Assembly: GCA_016930235.1 (NCBI GenBank)
Contig: JAFGHI010000030.1
Coordinates: 43,834 to 107,833, forward strand
Direction: 5' to 3'
DNA length: 64,000 nucleotides
Source of the DNA: Candidatus Omnitrophota bacterium
Lineage (GTDB): Bacteria; Omnitrophota; Omnitrophia; Omnitrophales; Aquincolibacteriaceae
Part shown: positions 8,929-19,562 of the stretch, piece by piece
How the letters are laid out: every line of letters starts with the position of its first letter
Position numbering within the stretch: the first letter of the stretch is position 1
Notes under the pieces: model-generated
The model's input: the letters and a program-made list of their open reading frames with translations, nothing else
What the model was told of the DNA's origin: nothing
The model's database searches: none
Program-made: the position numbers and the translations under genes

Positions 8929-10230
8929 ATGGGGTTCGAAAGCTTTATTGCAAGCAAACATCTGACGCACCGGAGAAAGACGGGTTTTATTTCGCTGATT
9001 TCCGTTATTTCCATGGGGGGTGTGGCGGTCGGTGTGATGGCCCTCATCGTTGTCTTGGCGGTGATGAGCGGTTTTGACCGGGAGTTGAAACAAAAGATTG
9101 TCAACGTCCAGCCGCATATCCGGATCGAAAAAATGGGCGGATTAGACGATTATTGGCAAGTGGCCGAACGCATTGAATCCCTCCGGCTTCCAGGTTTGGA
9201 AAGTCTTTCTCCTTTTATTGAAGGTCAAGCCATTGTTCGTTCAGCGAAGAACGCAACCGGTGTTCTCTTAAAGGGGGTTGATGATACCAGCGAGAATTTG
9301 ACGATCTTTGAAAATCACATGGTCTATGGCAATGCGGATATGAGCGATGAGGTGACGATTAAAGTCAAGAGGAGTTTTCTTTTCCGCAAAAAAGAGATTG
9401 AGGAACGTCAAGGCGGGATTTTAATCGGTGAGGTTTTAGCTGCCCGTTTAGGTGTGCGGGTCGGAGATGATGTCATGCTGATTTCCCCTTTTCAAAAGAA
9501 GACGGGTTCCTTTACCTTTTCTGAAGCCGAAAGCCGGCCGTTTAGAGTCAAAGGCATCTTCCGCGTCGGCATGAGTGATTTTGATTCGACGTTAGCGCTC
9601 ATCAGCCTTGAGCAGGCACAGAACATGTATCATCTCGAAGGCCGTGTGACGGGTTTGAGCCTTCGATTTTTTGATGTGGACGATGCTGAGAAATGGAAAT
9701 GGGTTTTAAGAGGAGAATTTCCAGGCAATTATGTTGTTCGATCGTGGTATGACATGAACCACAATTTTTTTCAGGCGCTCAAGGTTGAGAAATCCGTGAT
9801 GACCATTCTCTTGGCCCTCATTATTTTGGTTGCCGTTTTTAATATCGTTTCGACCCTGACCATGACGGTTATGGAAAAGACCAAGGATATAGGTATTCTT
9901 CGTGCGATTGGTGCGACCAAGGCAAGCATCCGTAAAATATTTGTGATGGAGGGATTCGGAATCGGCTTTGTAGGAATTGCAGCGGGGGCGATTTTGGGGC
10001 TTGCCTTAGCCTTCAATCTGAATGAGGTGTCCGAATTTTTGAAAAGAACGACGGGACTCGAGGTCTTTCCAAGTGATATTTATTACTTTGATAAAATTCC
10101 CGTTGAGATCCATTCTCAAGATGTTTTATGGACGGTGACGCTGGGCTTGATTGCTTCGGTTTTGGCCGGTCTTTATCCTGCTCATCGTGCGGCCAATCTT
10201 AAACCCGTGGAGGCATTACGGTATGAATAA
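8929..10230 (+). CDS. lolE: Lipoprotein-releasing ABC transporter permease (LolC/E family)
   Basis: GVAVGVMALIVVLAVMSGF, EKTKDIGILRAIGA and C-terminal PVEALRYE; adjacent lolD. Confidence 0.88.
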   Translation: MGFESFIASKHLTHRRKTGFISLISVISMGGVAVGVMALIVVLAVMSGFDRELKQKIVNVQPHIRIEKMGGLDDYWQVAERIESLRLPGLESLSPFIEGQAIVRSAKNATGVLLKGVDDTSENLTIFENHMVYGNADMSDEVTIKVKRSFLFRKKEIEERQGGILIGEVLAARLGVRVGDDVMLISPFQKKTGSFTFSEAESRPFRVKGIFRVGMSDFDSTLALISLEQAQNMYHLEGRVTGLSLRFFDVDDAEKWKWVLRGEFPGNYVVRSWYDMNHNFFQALKVEKSVMTILLALIILVAVFNIVSTLTMTVMEKTKDIGILRAIGATKASIRKIFVMEGFGIGFVGIAAGAILGLALAFNLNEVSEFLKRTTGLEVFPSDIYYFDKIPVEIHSQDVLWTVTLGLIASVLAGLYPAHRAANLKPVEALRYE

Positions 10231-10936
10231 TTCGACCCATGATCTCCTGAAGGTTTATGATTTACGGAAGAATTATGAAATGCCGAGTGATGTCCTGCAG
10301 GTTTTGAAGGGAGTCGGTTTTTCAATGAAAGCCGGAGAGGTGACTTTTATCGTTGGGCGATCCGGGTCCGGAAAATCGACATTGCTTCATTTAATCGGAG
10401 GATTAGACCAGCCGACCTCCGGCAAGATCCTTTTTGAGGGCGAAGACATCGTTACGATGAAGGAAAAAACGCTCACGAAGATTAGAAACCGGCGTTTGGG
10501 GTATGTCTTTCAGTTTTATCATCTGCTGCCGGAACTGACGGTTTATGAGAATGTTATTCTGCCCAGTATGATTGCGGGCAGGTGCGAAAAGAAATGGGTC
10601 CGTGAAATTTTGAGGCGTGTCAAATTGCTGAGCCGGCAGAATCATTATCCCTCAGAGCTGTCGGGCGGAGAACAGCAGCGTGTTGCGATCGCGAGAGCTT
10701 TAGTCAATCAGCCGGCGCTGGTGTTGTGTGATGAACCGACGGGGAATCTTGATGTTGAAACCTCCGAGGAAGTCTTTTCGTTGATCGGCGATTTGAACCG
10801 GGAACATCACCAGTCTTTTTTGATTATTACGCACGACGAAGCTGTGGCTTGGCGTTACGAGCGGGTTTACCGTTTGGTGGACGGGATTTTGTTGAAGGTT
10901 GACCGGAATCAGGAGCATGCACGTTCAACCGTTTAA
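10223..10936 (+). CDS. lolD: Lipoprotein-releasing ABC transporter ATPase
   Basis: Walker A GRSGSGKS, GYVFQFYHLL, LSGGEQQR, DEPTGNLD; ATG 10223 overlaps the permease end. Confidence 0.9.
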   Translation: MNNSTHDLLKVYDLRKNYEMPSDVLQVLKGVGFSMKAGEVTFIVGRSGSGKSTLLHLIGGLDQPTSGKILFEGEDIVTMKEKTLTKIRNRRLGYVFQFYHLLPELTVYENVILPSMIAGRCEKKWVREILRRVKLLSRQNHYPSELSGGEQQRVAIARALVNQPALVLCDEPTGNLDVETSEEVFSLIGDLNREHHQSFLIITHDEAVAWRYERVYRLVDGILLKVDRNQEHARSTV

Positions 10937-10988
10937 AGAATAGAATTACGGAATGGGTTTTAAAAAAATATTAAAAGAGGAGAGATCC

Positions 10989-11891
10989 ATGGCGCTTCAA
11001 GTTTATTTGAATGGGAAATGGGTGGCAAAAGAGGAAGCAAAAATATCAGTCTTTGATCATGGGCTTCTTTACGGAGACGGGGTTTTTGAAGGCATACGGT
11101 CTTATCAGGGGTTGGTTTTTAGATTGCAGGAGCATCTTGACCGGTTATGGGAGTCTGCACATACGTTGATGCTCAAAATTCCCATGAGCAAGCGTGAGAT
11201 GGAAAAGGCCATTGTGGAAACCTTGCGCATCAATAAACTTCTTGATGCCTATATTCGTGTTGTGATTACACGGGGTGTCGGGGATCTCGGACTGGACCCT
11301 GACAAGTGTAAGCAACCCACGATTTTTATTATTACGGATAAGATTGTGCTTTATCCGAAGTCTTTTTACCAGAAAGGGCTTGAGATTATTACCGTGCCAA
11401 CAGTGCGGAATTTGCCGGAAGCGGTTAATCCGTCGATTAAGAGCCTAAATTACCTTAATAATATTCTGGCGAAGATCGAAGCGAAGAATTCAGGCTGTGC
11501 GGAAGCCTTGATGCTGAACCACCAGGGATATGTGGCGGAATGTACGGGAGACAATGTTTTTATGGTGAAAGCCCCCAAGTCTTCGAAGGGGATGAGTCAA
11601 GTCGTGACGCCGCCTGTTTATTTAGGGGCCCTCAAAGGGATTACACGCCAAGCGATCATGGATTTAGCGGAGGCCAGGAAATATGAGGTTACGGAAACGA
11701 TTATGACGCGGCATGATCTTTTTAATGCCGATGAGGTTTTTCTGACGGGAACGGCGGCTGAAATTATCCCTGTTGTGAAAATTGACGGGCGTGTGATCGG
11801 GACGGGAAAACCGGGAAAAGTGACCGAAGCGCTTTTACGCGATTTCCATCGTTTAACGCGAACGGACGGAGTCCGGTATAAAATCGGATAA
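10989..11891 (+). CDS. ilvE: Branched-chain amino acid aminotransferase
   Basis: DHGLLYGDGVFEGIR, KSLNYLNN (PLP Lys) and EVFLTGTAAE; ATG 10989 follows AGAGGAG. Confidence 0.95.
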   Translation: MALQVYLNGKWVAKEEAKISVFDHGLLYGDGVFEGIRSYQGLVFRLQEHLDRLWESAHTLMLKIPMSKREMEKAIVETLRINKLLDAYIRVVITRGVGDLGLDPDKCKQPTIFIITDKIVLYPKSFYQKGLEIITVPTVRNLPEAVNPSIKSLNYLNNILAKIEAKNSGCAEALMLNHQGYVAECTGDNVFMVKAPKSSKGMSQVVTPPVYLGALKGITRQAIMDLAEARKYEVTETIMTRHDLFNADEVFLTGTAAEIIPVVKIDGRVIGTGKPGKVTEALLRDFHRLTRTDGVRYKIG

Positions 11892-11921
11892 CTATTTTTT
11901 GTTTGAAGGAGTCCAAAGAGA

Positions 11922-12440
11922 ATGGTTTGTAATCTTTGCGGGACAAAAGAAGCGACGATCCATTTGACGGAAATCATCAACAATCAAATGATCGAGATCC
12001 ATATTTGTGAAGAGTGCGCAAATGAAAAAGGCACGGATTTTAAGACTCATTTTAGTTTCGGCGATCTTTTAGGGGGAATACCGGAATCCGGAAAGTCGCC
12101 AAAAACCGGCGAGAAGAAACTACCCAACCGGTGCCCTTCCTGCGGCTTGACTTATGAACAGTTCGGGAAAACGGGACGTTTAGGGTGCGGTGCCTGCTAT
12201 GACAGCTTTGCGCGTTTGTTGATCCCTTTGATTAAACGGATTCAGCGCTCGATTCGTCATGTGGGCAAAAAACCCGGTAAGGTCCTGAGCGAGCAAAAAA
12301 GTCCGCAAACTCTCAAAGATTTACAGGAGCGTTTAAGGAAATGCATTCAAGGTGAGGAATTTGAAGAGGCGGCAAGGTTGAGGGATGTGATTCGGCAAGT
12401 GGAAGAGAAACAGAAGAAACCTAAAAGGGGTAAAGAATGA
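11922..12440 (+). CDS. mcsA: McsA, protein-arginine kinase activator
   Basis: Four CxxC motifs and a C-terminal UVR motif EEFEEAARLRD; upstream of mcsB-clpC. Confidence 0.92.
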   Translation: MVCNLCGTKEATIHLTEIINNQMIEIHICEECANEKGTDFKTHFSFGDLLGGIPESGKSPKTGEKKLPNRCPSCGLTYEQFGKTGRLGCGACYDSFARLLIPLIKRIQRSIRHVGKKPGKVLSEQKSPQTLKDLQERLRKCIQGEEFEEAARLRDVIRQVEEKQKKPKRGKE

Positions 12441-13501
12441 ATCCGCTGGATGCATTGGTCGAACAACCGGTCGAATGGCTGCGTGTCAGCGGGCCCGAGA
12501 GTGATATTGTCGTCAGTTCCCGTTTGCGGCTGGCCCGGAATCTTTTTGGGGTCCCTTTTTTGCAAAAGCTGGAGAATGAGCAAAAAGTCGAGGTTATTGA
12601 AACCGTCGAAAAGGCCATCCGAAGAAGCCCCCGGATGAAAGATGCACACTATCTTAAACGCGCGCAGTTAAGTGAGTTGGATCTGCAGTTCCTTCTTGAA
12701 CGGCATTTAATCAGCCGGGAACATGTCGAGGAGAAGGGAGAAAAGGCCGTTGCGATTACCTCCAACGAAGTGGTAAGCCTGATGGTGCTTGAAGAGGATC
12801 ATCTGAGACTCCAGGCTTTTCAGGCGGGGTTTAGTCTTATGGATACATGGAGGATTATCAATCAAATCGATGATGATCTGGAAAAAAATTTAAATTATTC
12901 CTTTAGTGCTTCACTGGGTTATTTGACGGCATGTCCGACCAATGTCGGGACGGGATTAAGAGCTTCTTGCATGTTGCATTTACCGGGCCTTGTTTTAACG
13001 AAACAAGTTCACAAGGTCCTTCAAGCGTTAGCTAAATTGAATTTAACAGCGCGCGGTTTATACGGTGAAGGAACTCAAGCCACGGGGAATTTTTTTCAAT
13101 TTTCGAATCAAACAACGCTGGGACAAAACGAGGATGAAATTATTGATAATCTCGCTGCGGTCATCCGGCAGGTCATTGAACATGAAAAGGAAGCACGGCG
13201 TTACTTGGTTGAAAAAAAGAGAGTGAAATTTCAGGATCAAGTCTGGCGTGCTCTGGGAACTTTGAGGTCAGCCCATGTCATTTCATCCACGGAGGCGACA
13301 CAGTTGCTTTCGTTGGTGCAATTGGGCCTCCAATTAGAGATTTTGAAAGGGGCCCTGACGAAACAGGAGTTAAATCTTTTGTTTCTCCTGATTCAGCCTG
13401 CTCATTTGCAGAAATTATCCCGCAAGGCCTTGAGTGCGCCGGAACGGGACATCCGAAGGGCAGAGCTGATTCGTCAGAAATTCCAGAAAATCTCACTTTA
13501 G
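12437..13501 (+). CDS. mcsB: Protein arginine kinase McsB
   Basis: SSRLRLARN, EEDHLRLQ, GYLTACPTNVGTGLRAS and RGLYGEG motifs. Confidence 0.95.
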   Translation: MNPLDALVEQPVEWLRVSGPESDIVVSSRLRLARNLFGVPFLQKLENEQKVEVIETVEKAIRRSPRMKDAHYLKRAQLSELDLQFLLERHLISREHVEEKGEKAVAITSNEVVSLMVLEEDHLRLQAFQAGFSLMDTWRIINQIDDDLEKNLNYSFSASLGYLTACPTNVGTGLRASCMLHLPGLVLTKQVHKVLQALAKLNLTARGLYGEGTQATGNFFQFSNQTTLGQNEDEIIDNLAAVIRQVIEHEKEARRYLVEKKRVKFQDQVWRALGTLRSAHVISSTEATQLLSLVQLGLQLEILKGALTKQELNLLFLLIQPAHLQKLSRKALSAPERDIRRAELIRQKFQKISL

Positions 13502-13581
13502 TCGATGCATTAAATGATTTGTCAATAGTGTCATCATCAATAGGTCAAGAATAGGCCATAGGAGCCTTTGGGAGGTTGAGA

Positions 13582-16035
13582 ATGTTCGATCGTTTTACGG
13601 AAAGAGCAAGGAAAGTCATCATTTTAGCGAAGGAAGAAGCAAAACGGTTTAATCACGATTATATCGGGACTGAACACATCTTGCTGGGATTGATCAAGGA
13701 AGGGGAAAGTGTTGCTGCGGCGGTTTTGCAGAATCTTGGGTTGTCCCTTGATACGATTCGATTGGAAGTCGAAAAACTGGTCCAGTTTGGACCCAGTACC
13801 ATCGTTTCCGGAGATATTCCGTTTACTCCGAAAGCCAAGAAAGTGATTGAACTGGCAATGGATGAGGCGAGACGGCTGGGGCATAACTATATCGGGACAG
13901 AACATCTTTTGCTGGGCTTGATCAAGGAAGGCGAAGGCGTAGCGAGTCATGTTTTAATGAATGTCGGCCTTGATTTAAACAAGGTTCGTGCAGAAGTCAT
14001 TAAGCTTCTGGGTTCGTCAACTCCCAGCGGGTCGGGGGGCGGACCCGGCGGGGGAGGCGGGGTTGGAACGGCGCGCGGCAAGACAAAAACTCCGGCATTG
14101 GATTCCTTCGGTCGTGATTTGTCCACTTTGGCACGGGACGGCAAGCTGGATCCGGTTGTCGGACGTTCGGATGAAATCGAGCGTGTGATTCAAATCCTTG
14201 CGCGCCGTACGAAGAACAATCCGGTCCTTTTAGGCGAGGCAGGTGTGGGAAAGACGGCCATTGTGGAAGGTCTTGCTCAAAAAATTATCGCGGGGGATGT
14301 TCCCGAAATCTTAGCGGACAAGAGGATTGTTGTTTTGGATCTCGCGCTGATGGTTGCCGGAACAAAATACCGTGGTCAATTTGAAGAACGTATTAAAGCC
14401 GTGATGGATGAAATCCGTCGTACAGAGAATGTGATGATTTTTGTCGATGAGATCCATACCTTGGTAGGAGCAGGGGGAGCGGAAGGCGCAATCGATGCTT
14501 CGAATATCCTGAAGCCGGCCCTCGCACGCGGTGAAATACAATGCATTGGTGCAACGACGTTGGATGAATACCGCAAATATATTGAAAAAGATGCGGCGTT
14601 GGCCCGGAGATTTCAAACAATCATGGTGGATCCGCCTTCGGTGGATGAGTCCGTGCAGATTTTGAAGGGTTTGCGGGACCGATACGAAGCGCATCATCGA
14701 GTCAAGATAACCGATGAGGCCATTGAGGCTTCGGTGAAACTTTCGGATCGCTATATTTCGGGGCGTTTTCTGCCGGATAAAGCGATTGATATCATCGATG
14801 AAGCAGCCTCTCGTGCGAGGTTATCCGTAACGACGCTTCCTAAAGATCTCAAAAAGATTGAAACGGAGATCGAGGCCTTCAAAAGAGAAAAAGAAGCTGC
14901 CATTAAAGCACAGGATTTTGAGAAGGCGGCCAAGCTTCGTGATCAAGAGCGTCAGGCCAAAGAAGAATTGACGCGCGTCAAAAAGAATTGGAAAGAATCG
15001 AAATCGGAAGTTGAAGTCCAAGTCACCGAAGAAGACATTTCGCATATCGTATCGAAATGGACAGGGGTTCCTCTGGCCCGGCTGGAAGAAAAGGAAACGG
15101 CGCGGCTCCTCAGGATGGAAGATGAACTCCATCGCCGGATTATCGGCCAGGATGAAGCGATCCGGGTCATTTCCCATGCGGTTCGCCGCTCACGTTCGGG
15201 TTTGAGAAATCCGAGGCGTCCGATCGGTGCGTTTATTTTCCTGGGGCCGACCGGCGTTGGCAAAACGCTTCTCGCACGGGGGCTTGCGGAATTTATGTTT
15301 GGTGACGAGGATGCCATGGTGGCTATTGATTGTTCAGAATATGGAGAGAAGTTTAATGTTTCGCGTTTAGTGGGTGCCCCTCCCGGGTATGTGGGGTATG
15401 AAGAGGGAGGACAATTGACTGAAAAGGTACGTCGGCGGCCTTATTCTGTGGTGTTGTTTGATGAGATTGAGAAAGCCCATCCCGATGTTTTTAACATCAT
15501 GCTTCAAGTGATGGAGGAAGGGCGTCTCACCGATTCTTACGGTCGGAAAGTTGATTTTAGAAATACCATTTTGATCATGACTTCGAACGTAGGGGCGTCT
15601 CTTATCAAACGCGACGGTGATTTAGGGTTCAAACCTCAGATGGAAGATATTAATTATGAATCATTAAAGCGAAAGCTGCTTGATGAGACAAAAAAGGTCT
15701 TCCGTCCTGAATTTTTGAACCGTGTGGATGATACGATCGTTTTTCATCCGCTCACTCGCCAGGATCTCGAGCAGATTATCATGATCGAATTGCGGGAAGT
15801 GACTGACCGGTTGAAAGATAAGAAACTGGACTTGGATCTCTCTCCCGAGGTCATGAAATTCTTGATCGACAAAGGCTATGACCCTATCTTCGGTGCACGA
15901 CCGCTTAGACGTACCATTCAACGGTATATCGAAAATATTTTGGCTGAGGAGATCCTTTCCGGGAAGTTCAAGGAAGGGGATAAAATTCAGGCGGTTTTGC
16001 GGGGAGAGCAGATTCAATTTGAGAAAACATCTTAA
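13582..16035 (+). CDS. clpC: ATP-dependent Clp protease ATP-binding subunit ClpC
   Basis: Two Clp-N repeats, Walker A motifs GEAGVGKT and [11 protein letters not shown] middle domain, LGF ClpP-docking loop; GGAGG SD. Confidence 0.96.
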   Translation: MFDRFTERARKVIILAKEEAKRFNHDYIGTEHILLGLIKEGESVAAAVLQNLGLSLDTIRLEVEKLVQFGPSTIVSGDIPFTPKAKKVIELAMDEARRLGHNYIGTEHLLLGLIKEGEGVASHVLMNVGLDLNKVRAEVIKLLGSSTPSGSGGGPGGGGGVGTARGKTKTPALDSFGRDLSTLARDGKLDPVVGRSDEIERVIQILARRTKNNPVLLGEAGVGKTAIVEGLAQKIIAGDVPEILADKRIVVLDLALMVAGTKYRGQFEERIKAVMDEIRRTENVMIFVDEIHTLVGAGGAEGAIDASNILKPALARGEIQCIGATTLDEYRKYIEKDAALARRFQTIMVDPPSVDESVQILKGLRDRYEAHHRVKITDEAIEASVKLSDRYISGRFLPDKAIDIIDEAASRARLSVTTLPKDLKKIETEIEAFKREKEAAIKAQDFEKAAKLRDQERQAKEELTRVKKNWKESKSEVEVQVTEEDISHIVSKWTGVPLARLEEKETARLLRMEDELHRRIIGQDEAIRVISHAVRRSRSGLRNPRRPIGAFIFLGPTGVGKTLLARGLAEFMFGDEDAMVAIDCSEYGEKFNVSRLVGAPPGYVGYEEGGQLTEKVRRRPYSVVLFDEIEKAHPDVFNIMLQVMEEGRLTDSYGRKVDFRNTILIMTSNVGASLIKRDGDLGFKPQMEDINYESLKRKLLDETKKVFRPEFLNRVDDTIVFHPLTRQDLEQIIMIELREVTDRLKDKKLDLDLSPEVMKFLIDKGYDPIFGARPLRRTIQRYIENILAEEILSGKFKEGDKIQAVLRGEQIQFEKTS

Positions 16036-16051
16036 TTCCGAAGAGGGGTTT

Positions 16052-17965
16052 ATGCGGTTTGGTTTTTGGCGTGTCTTCATAGGAAGTTTTTTGCTTCTTT
16101 CATGCCTTGCGGGGATTCCCTACCTTTGGGTGACTTCGGAAGTTCAAAAAGACGAGTTTAAGGCGCTTGCTGAAAAAAAAGCAAGCGAATTTCTAAGCGC
16201 CCATGTCGAGATCGATCGCATTCGTGTCGGGATGATCAACCGTGTGGCCTTGAGCGGGCTTAGGATCCGGTCGCAAGCGAAGGACGATGACGCTTACCGG
16301 ATTCATGTTGATCAAATTGTTTTTCGGTATCATCCCCTTGCGTTTTTAAGCCGCAAGCTGTCGGTTCCCTCGGGGATCATTTTGCAGGCCCCGAAACTGC
16401 TGGTCAAACAGACGGAGTTCTCCTATGACCTGCTTAAGGATTTTAAATTCGGTACGGGTGCGGAAAGTGTCTCGTCGCTTGAGTTTAAAGGGGGCGAGAT
16501 ATTTATCTCGGTTCCGGGATTCCGATCCAATATTCATGTGCAGAATATCAATGGGGTGTTAAGACCGCAAATGAATGGCGAAATTCGTGTGAATTTAAAA
16601 GGCCATTTAAAGGGTTTGCTTAACGGTGAAGCGAAATTGCGCGGGATTGTCGCGCCCTTTGAGAGGCGTCATGATTTGGATCTTGAATTGGATTCAGTCA
16701 GTTTAAATGATGAACTTTCGATCCCGCTCAAGGATATGAAGGGCAAGATTCGATGGGTGAATCAGGAGTTTTATTTTGATGGTGTCCAGGCATCCGTTTA
16801 TGGGTGGGATACCTTGATTAAAGGAGAGCTCAAAAATCTTCGAACGGCACCCGTTCTTGCTTTCAGTTGGTCAGCGGGCAAGAAATATCCGGCTTTGATG
16901 CTGACCTTCTTGGCGGATTTTTCAAATGAATATGTTGAAGGCAGCTTGCAGTGGTTGAAAGAAGACAAGCATGTTTTTCGAGGGAATATCAAGCGAGAAA
17001 AATGGAATTTTATATTTAACGATGTTTTGGTAGATGACCAATATTCAGGTAGCGGCCATCTGGATGTGGAATCCGGATACTCCCGTTTTCAATTTCAAAG
17101 AGGGGCGCAGCGTTTCGCCGCGCAGACAAATTTGCGTGATTTGAACTTCCATCTTGCTTTTAATCTGGAGCACGCCAAAATTTACGGACTCGATTTTGTT
17201 ACCTCAGCCGAGATTGAACTCAAGCCGACGAGATCTTGGGAAGAGGGAAGGCTATGGAGTTTCGACGGTCTTTTCCGAACGGATTATTTTGTCCTGGAGT
17301 ATGCGCCATTTTCGGATCTCCAAGGCCGTTTTCAAATTAACTCGTTTGGGGTTCATGATATTTTTTGTTCTTGGGGGCACGCTTTTGAAATGAACGGTGA
17401 TATTTCATTTACATCAAAACGTCCCGAGGGAAAATTCGTGCTTCAGGTTAATGGGTTTGATTTAGCGGGCGTCAAGAATTTTGCTTCAAAACCTTTACCG
17501 AAAACGTTGGGAGGGTATTTGGAGGGTAAGTTGAAGATGGAAGGTGTTTTATCAAAACCGGAGATCTCCGGTTCTTTCAGTGTCAAAGACGGCGTTCTAG
17601 GAAAACTGGAATACGACCGCGGGATGATTCATTTTCATGGTTTTGCGCCTTATCTGCCGTTAGAAGATTCGCGAATTTTAAGGGGCAGAACCGAGCTTTA
17701 CTTAAGGGGGGCCTTGGATCTTTCGCTTGCCAATATGTTTCACGGCATTAGGATTGAAACGGCCGACCATTTTGTTTTGTGGAAAGGTTGGGAATTTACG
17801 ACCAGTGATACAGAAGGGGATCTTGAAATCGATCATATCATTTCGAGACTTCCCAAGATTGCTGTCAAGGCTGGCCTGACGACCGGAGGGGCTACTTTAG
17901 GCGATACGGATAATATGCAGCAGGATGAGGGGTATGTTGCCATTGGACCGAAGGTCCGGTTCTAA
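16052..17965 (+). CDS. Membrane-anchored beta-rich envelope protein, possibly AsmA/TamB-like
   Basis: ATG 16052 follows GAGGGG. One N-terminal hydrophobic segment, then long alternating beta-strand pattern; ends GPKVRF. Family call is inference. Confidence 0.55.
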   Translation: MRFGFWRVFIGSFLLLSCLAGIPYLWVTSEVQKDEFKALAEKKASEFLSAHVEIDRIRVGMINRVALSGLRIRSQAKDDDAYRIHVDQIVFRYHPLAFLSRKLSVPSGIILQAPKLLVKQTEFSYDLLKDFKFGTGAESVSSLEFKGGEIFISVPGFRSNIHVQNINGVLRPQMNGEIRVNLKGHLKGLLNGEAKLRGIVAPFERRHDLDLELDSVSLNDELSIPLKDMKGKIRWVNQEFYFDGVQASVYGWDTLIKGELKNLRTAPVLAFSWSAGKKYPALMLTFLADFSNEYVEGSLQWLKEDKHVFRGNIKREKWNFIFNDVLVDDQYSGSGHLDVESGYSRFQFQRGAQRFAAQTNLRDLNFHLAFNLEHAKIYGLDFVTSAEIELKPTRSWEEGRLWSFDGLFRTDYFVLEYAPFSDLQGRFQINSFGVHDIFCSWGHAFEMNGDISFTSKRPEGKFVLQVNGFDLAGVKNFASKPLPKTLGGYLEGKLKMEGVLSKPEISGSFSVKDGVLGKLEYDRGMIHFHGFAPYLPLEDSRILRGRTELYLRGALDLSLANMFHGIRIETADHFVLWKGWEFTTSDTEGDLEIDHIISRLPKIAVKAGLTTGGATLGDTDNMQQDEGYVAIGPKVRF

Positions 17966-17979
17966 TTGAGGATGATGAT

Positions 17980-18798
17980 GTGGAAAAGGTAAATTTTAAA
18001 ACATTGAAACGACTGATATCCGTAAAACGGTGGCTTCAAGCTATCGGACATCAGTCGATTGTTTTGGCGACGAATGCAGGAGGGATTTCTTACCTTTTTG
18101 TGGACACGGTTAGGACATTCGCCAAAACGCGGTTGCGTTGGAAATCAACGATGGACCAAATGATGAAGATGAGCGTGACTTCTTTGCCTTTGGTTTTCCT
18201 GACAGCGTTATTTACCGGGATGGTTTTGACCCTGCAGTCTGCTTATCAGCTCCGTTTATTTGCCGCAGAACAATTTACATCGGATCTGGTGGCTCTTTCG
18301 ATGACACGCGAATTGGGGCCTGTCTTGACGGCGATGGTAGTTGCGGGCCGGGTTGGGGCCTCCATTGCTGCGGAATTAGGGACCATGAAAGTGACGGAGC
18401 AGATTGATGCCTTGAAGGCATCGGCGGTGGACCCCGTTCGCTATTTGGTGGTTCCGCGTTTCGTGGCGGGTGTCATCGGTCTTTTTGTCTTAACCATCTA
18501 TGCCGATTGCATTGGGATTTTCGGAGGTTACGTCATTGCGGTTTTCAAATTGGGTATCAGCTCGCATCAATACATCAAACGAAGCATTGATGTTTTGATG
18601 ATCAAGGACGTGATTACCGGATTGATTAAAGCTTTTTTCTTTGGAGGCATTATTGCGACGGTTGGCTGTTATTTTGGCTTTAAAGCACAAGGGGGCGCCG
18701 AAGGGGTCGGGAGGGCGACGACCATAGCGGTGGTGACGGCCTTAGTGATGATTATTGCTTCGGATGCCCTTTTCACGGCTATTTTTTACTTTTTCTAA
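17980..18798 (+). CDS. mlaE: MlaE-family ABC permease
   Basis: RELGPVLTA, AGRVGASIAAELGTMKVTEQIDAL and GGAEGVGRATT motifs. Confidence 0.93.
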   Translation: MEKVNFKTLKRLISVKRWLQAIGHQSIVLATNAGGISYLFVDTVRTFAKTRLRWKSTMDQMMKMSVTSLPLVFLTALFTGMVLTLQSAYQLRLFAAEQFTSDLVALSMTRELGPVLTAMVVAGRVGASIAAELGTMKVTEQIDALKASAVDPVRYLVVPRFVAGVIGLFVLTIYADCIGIFGGYVIAVFKLGISSHQYIKRSIDVLMIKDVITGLIKAFFFGGIIATVGCYFGFKAQGGAEGVGRATTIAVVTALVMIIASDALFTAIFYFF

Positions 18799-18803
18799 AA
18801 AAG

Positions 18804-19556
18804 ATGATTGAGATACGCGGTCTCTTTAAAAGTTTTGGAGTGAGTCCAGTTTTGAAAGGATTAGATTTGTCCATTCGAGACGGGGAGACCCTTGTGATTA
18901 TCGGACGATCGGGTTGCGGAAAGAGTGTCCTTTTGAAGCATATTATGGGACTCTTGGAACCTGATCAGGGGCAGGTCTTAATCGACGATGTCGATATCTT
19001 TTCTCTCGACGATCGCCAGCTTGAAGGGTTCCGGCTCCGGTTGGGCATGCTCTTTCAAGGGGCAGCCCTTTTTGATTCCTTGTCGGTCGAAGAGAATGTC
19101 GGATTTTCGCTTTATGAACATACAAGGCTGCCGATTCCCGTCATTCGAAAGAAAGTGGCGGAGAAGTTGGACTTAGTGAACCTTAGCGGAATCGAAGATC
19201 TAATGCCTTCGGAGCTTTCCGGAGGCATGAAAAAGAGAGTTGGTTTGGCCCGAGCTATTTGTAATGAACCGAAAATTATTCTTTATGATGAGCCCACAAC
19301 GGGGCTGGACCCGATCACGGCGGATGCGATCAACGATTTAATTTTACGCATGCAGGAGAAACTCAAAGTGACCTCGGTGGTTGTGACTCATGATATGACC
19401 AGCGCCTATAAAGTTGCTAACCGGATTGCGATGCTTTATGGTGGGCGGATTGTCGGCATTGGAACGCCCGAGGAAATTCGTCAGACGAATAATCCTATTA
19501 TTAAACAATTTGTGACTGGGTCGGCAGAGGGACCCATTACGGATAAACATAAGTGA
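18804..19556 (+). CDS. mlaF: MlaF/Mkl-family ABC ATPase
   Basis: GRSGCGKS, GMLFQGAALFDSL, LSGGMKKRVGLARA and YDEPTTGLDP motifs. Confidence 0.93.
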   Translation: MIEIRGLFKSFGVSPVLKGLDLSIRDGETLVIIGRSGCGKSVLLKHIMGLLEPDQGQVLIDDVDIFSLDDRQLEGFRLRLGMLFQGAALFDSLSVEENVGFSLYEHTRLPIPVIRKKVAEKLDLVNLSGIEDLMPSELSGGMKKRVGLARAICNEPKIILYDEPTTGLDPITADAINDLILRMQEKLKVTSVVVTHDMTSAYKVANRIAMLYGGRIVGIGTPEEIRQTNNPIIKQFVTGSAEGPITDKHK

Positions 19557-19562
19557 GGCGTT

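Noticed and set aside
13515-13562. GTCA/TCAATAG repeats upstream of clpC as a CtsR box
   Set aside because: Spacing and the second heptad do not fit RGTCAAA-NAN-RGTCAAA, and there is no ctsR in the window.
14020-14075. G-rich tract in clpC
   Set aside because: Encodes the Gly-rich linker between the Clp-N domain and the first AAA domain; no separate element is needed to explain it.
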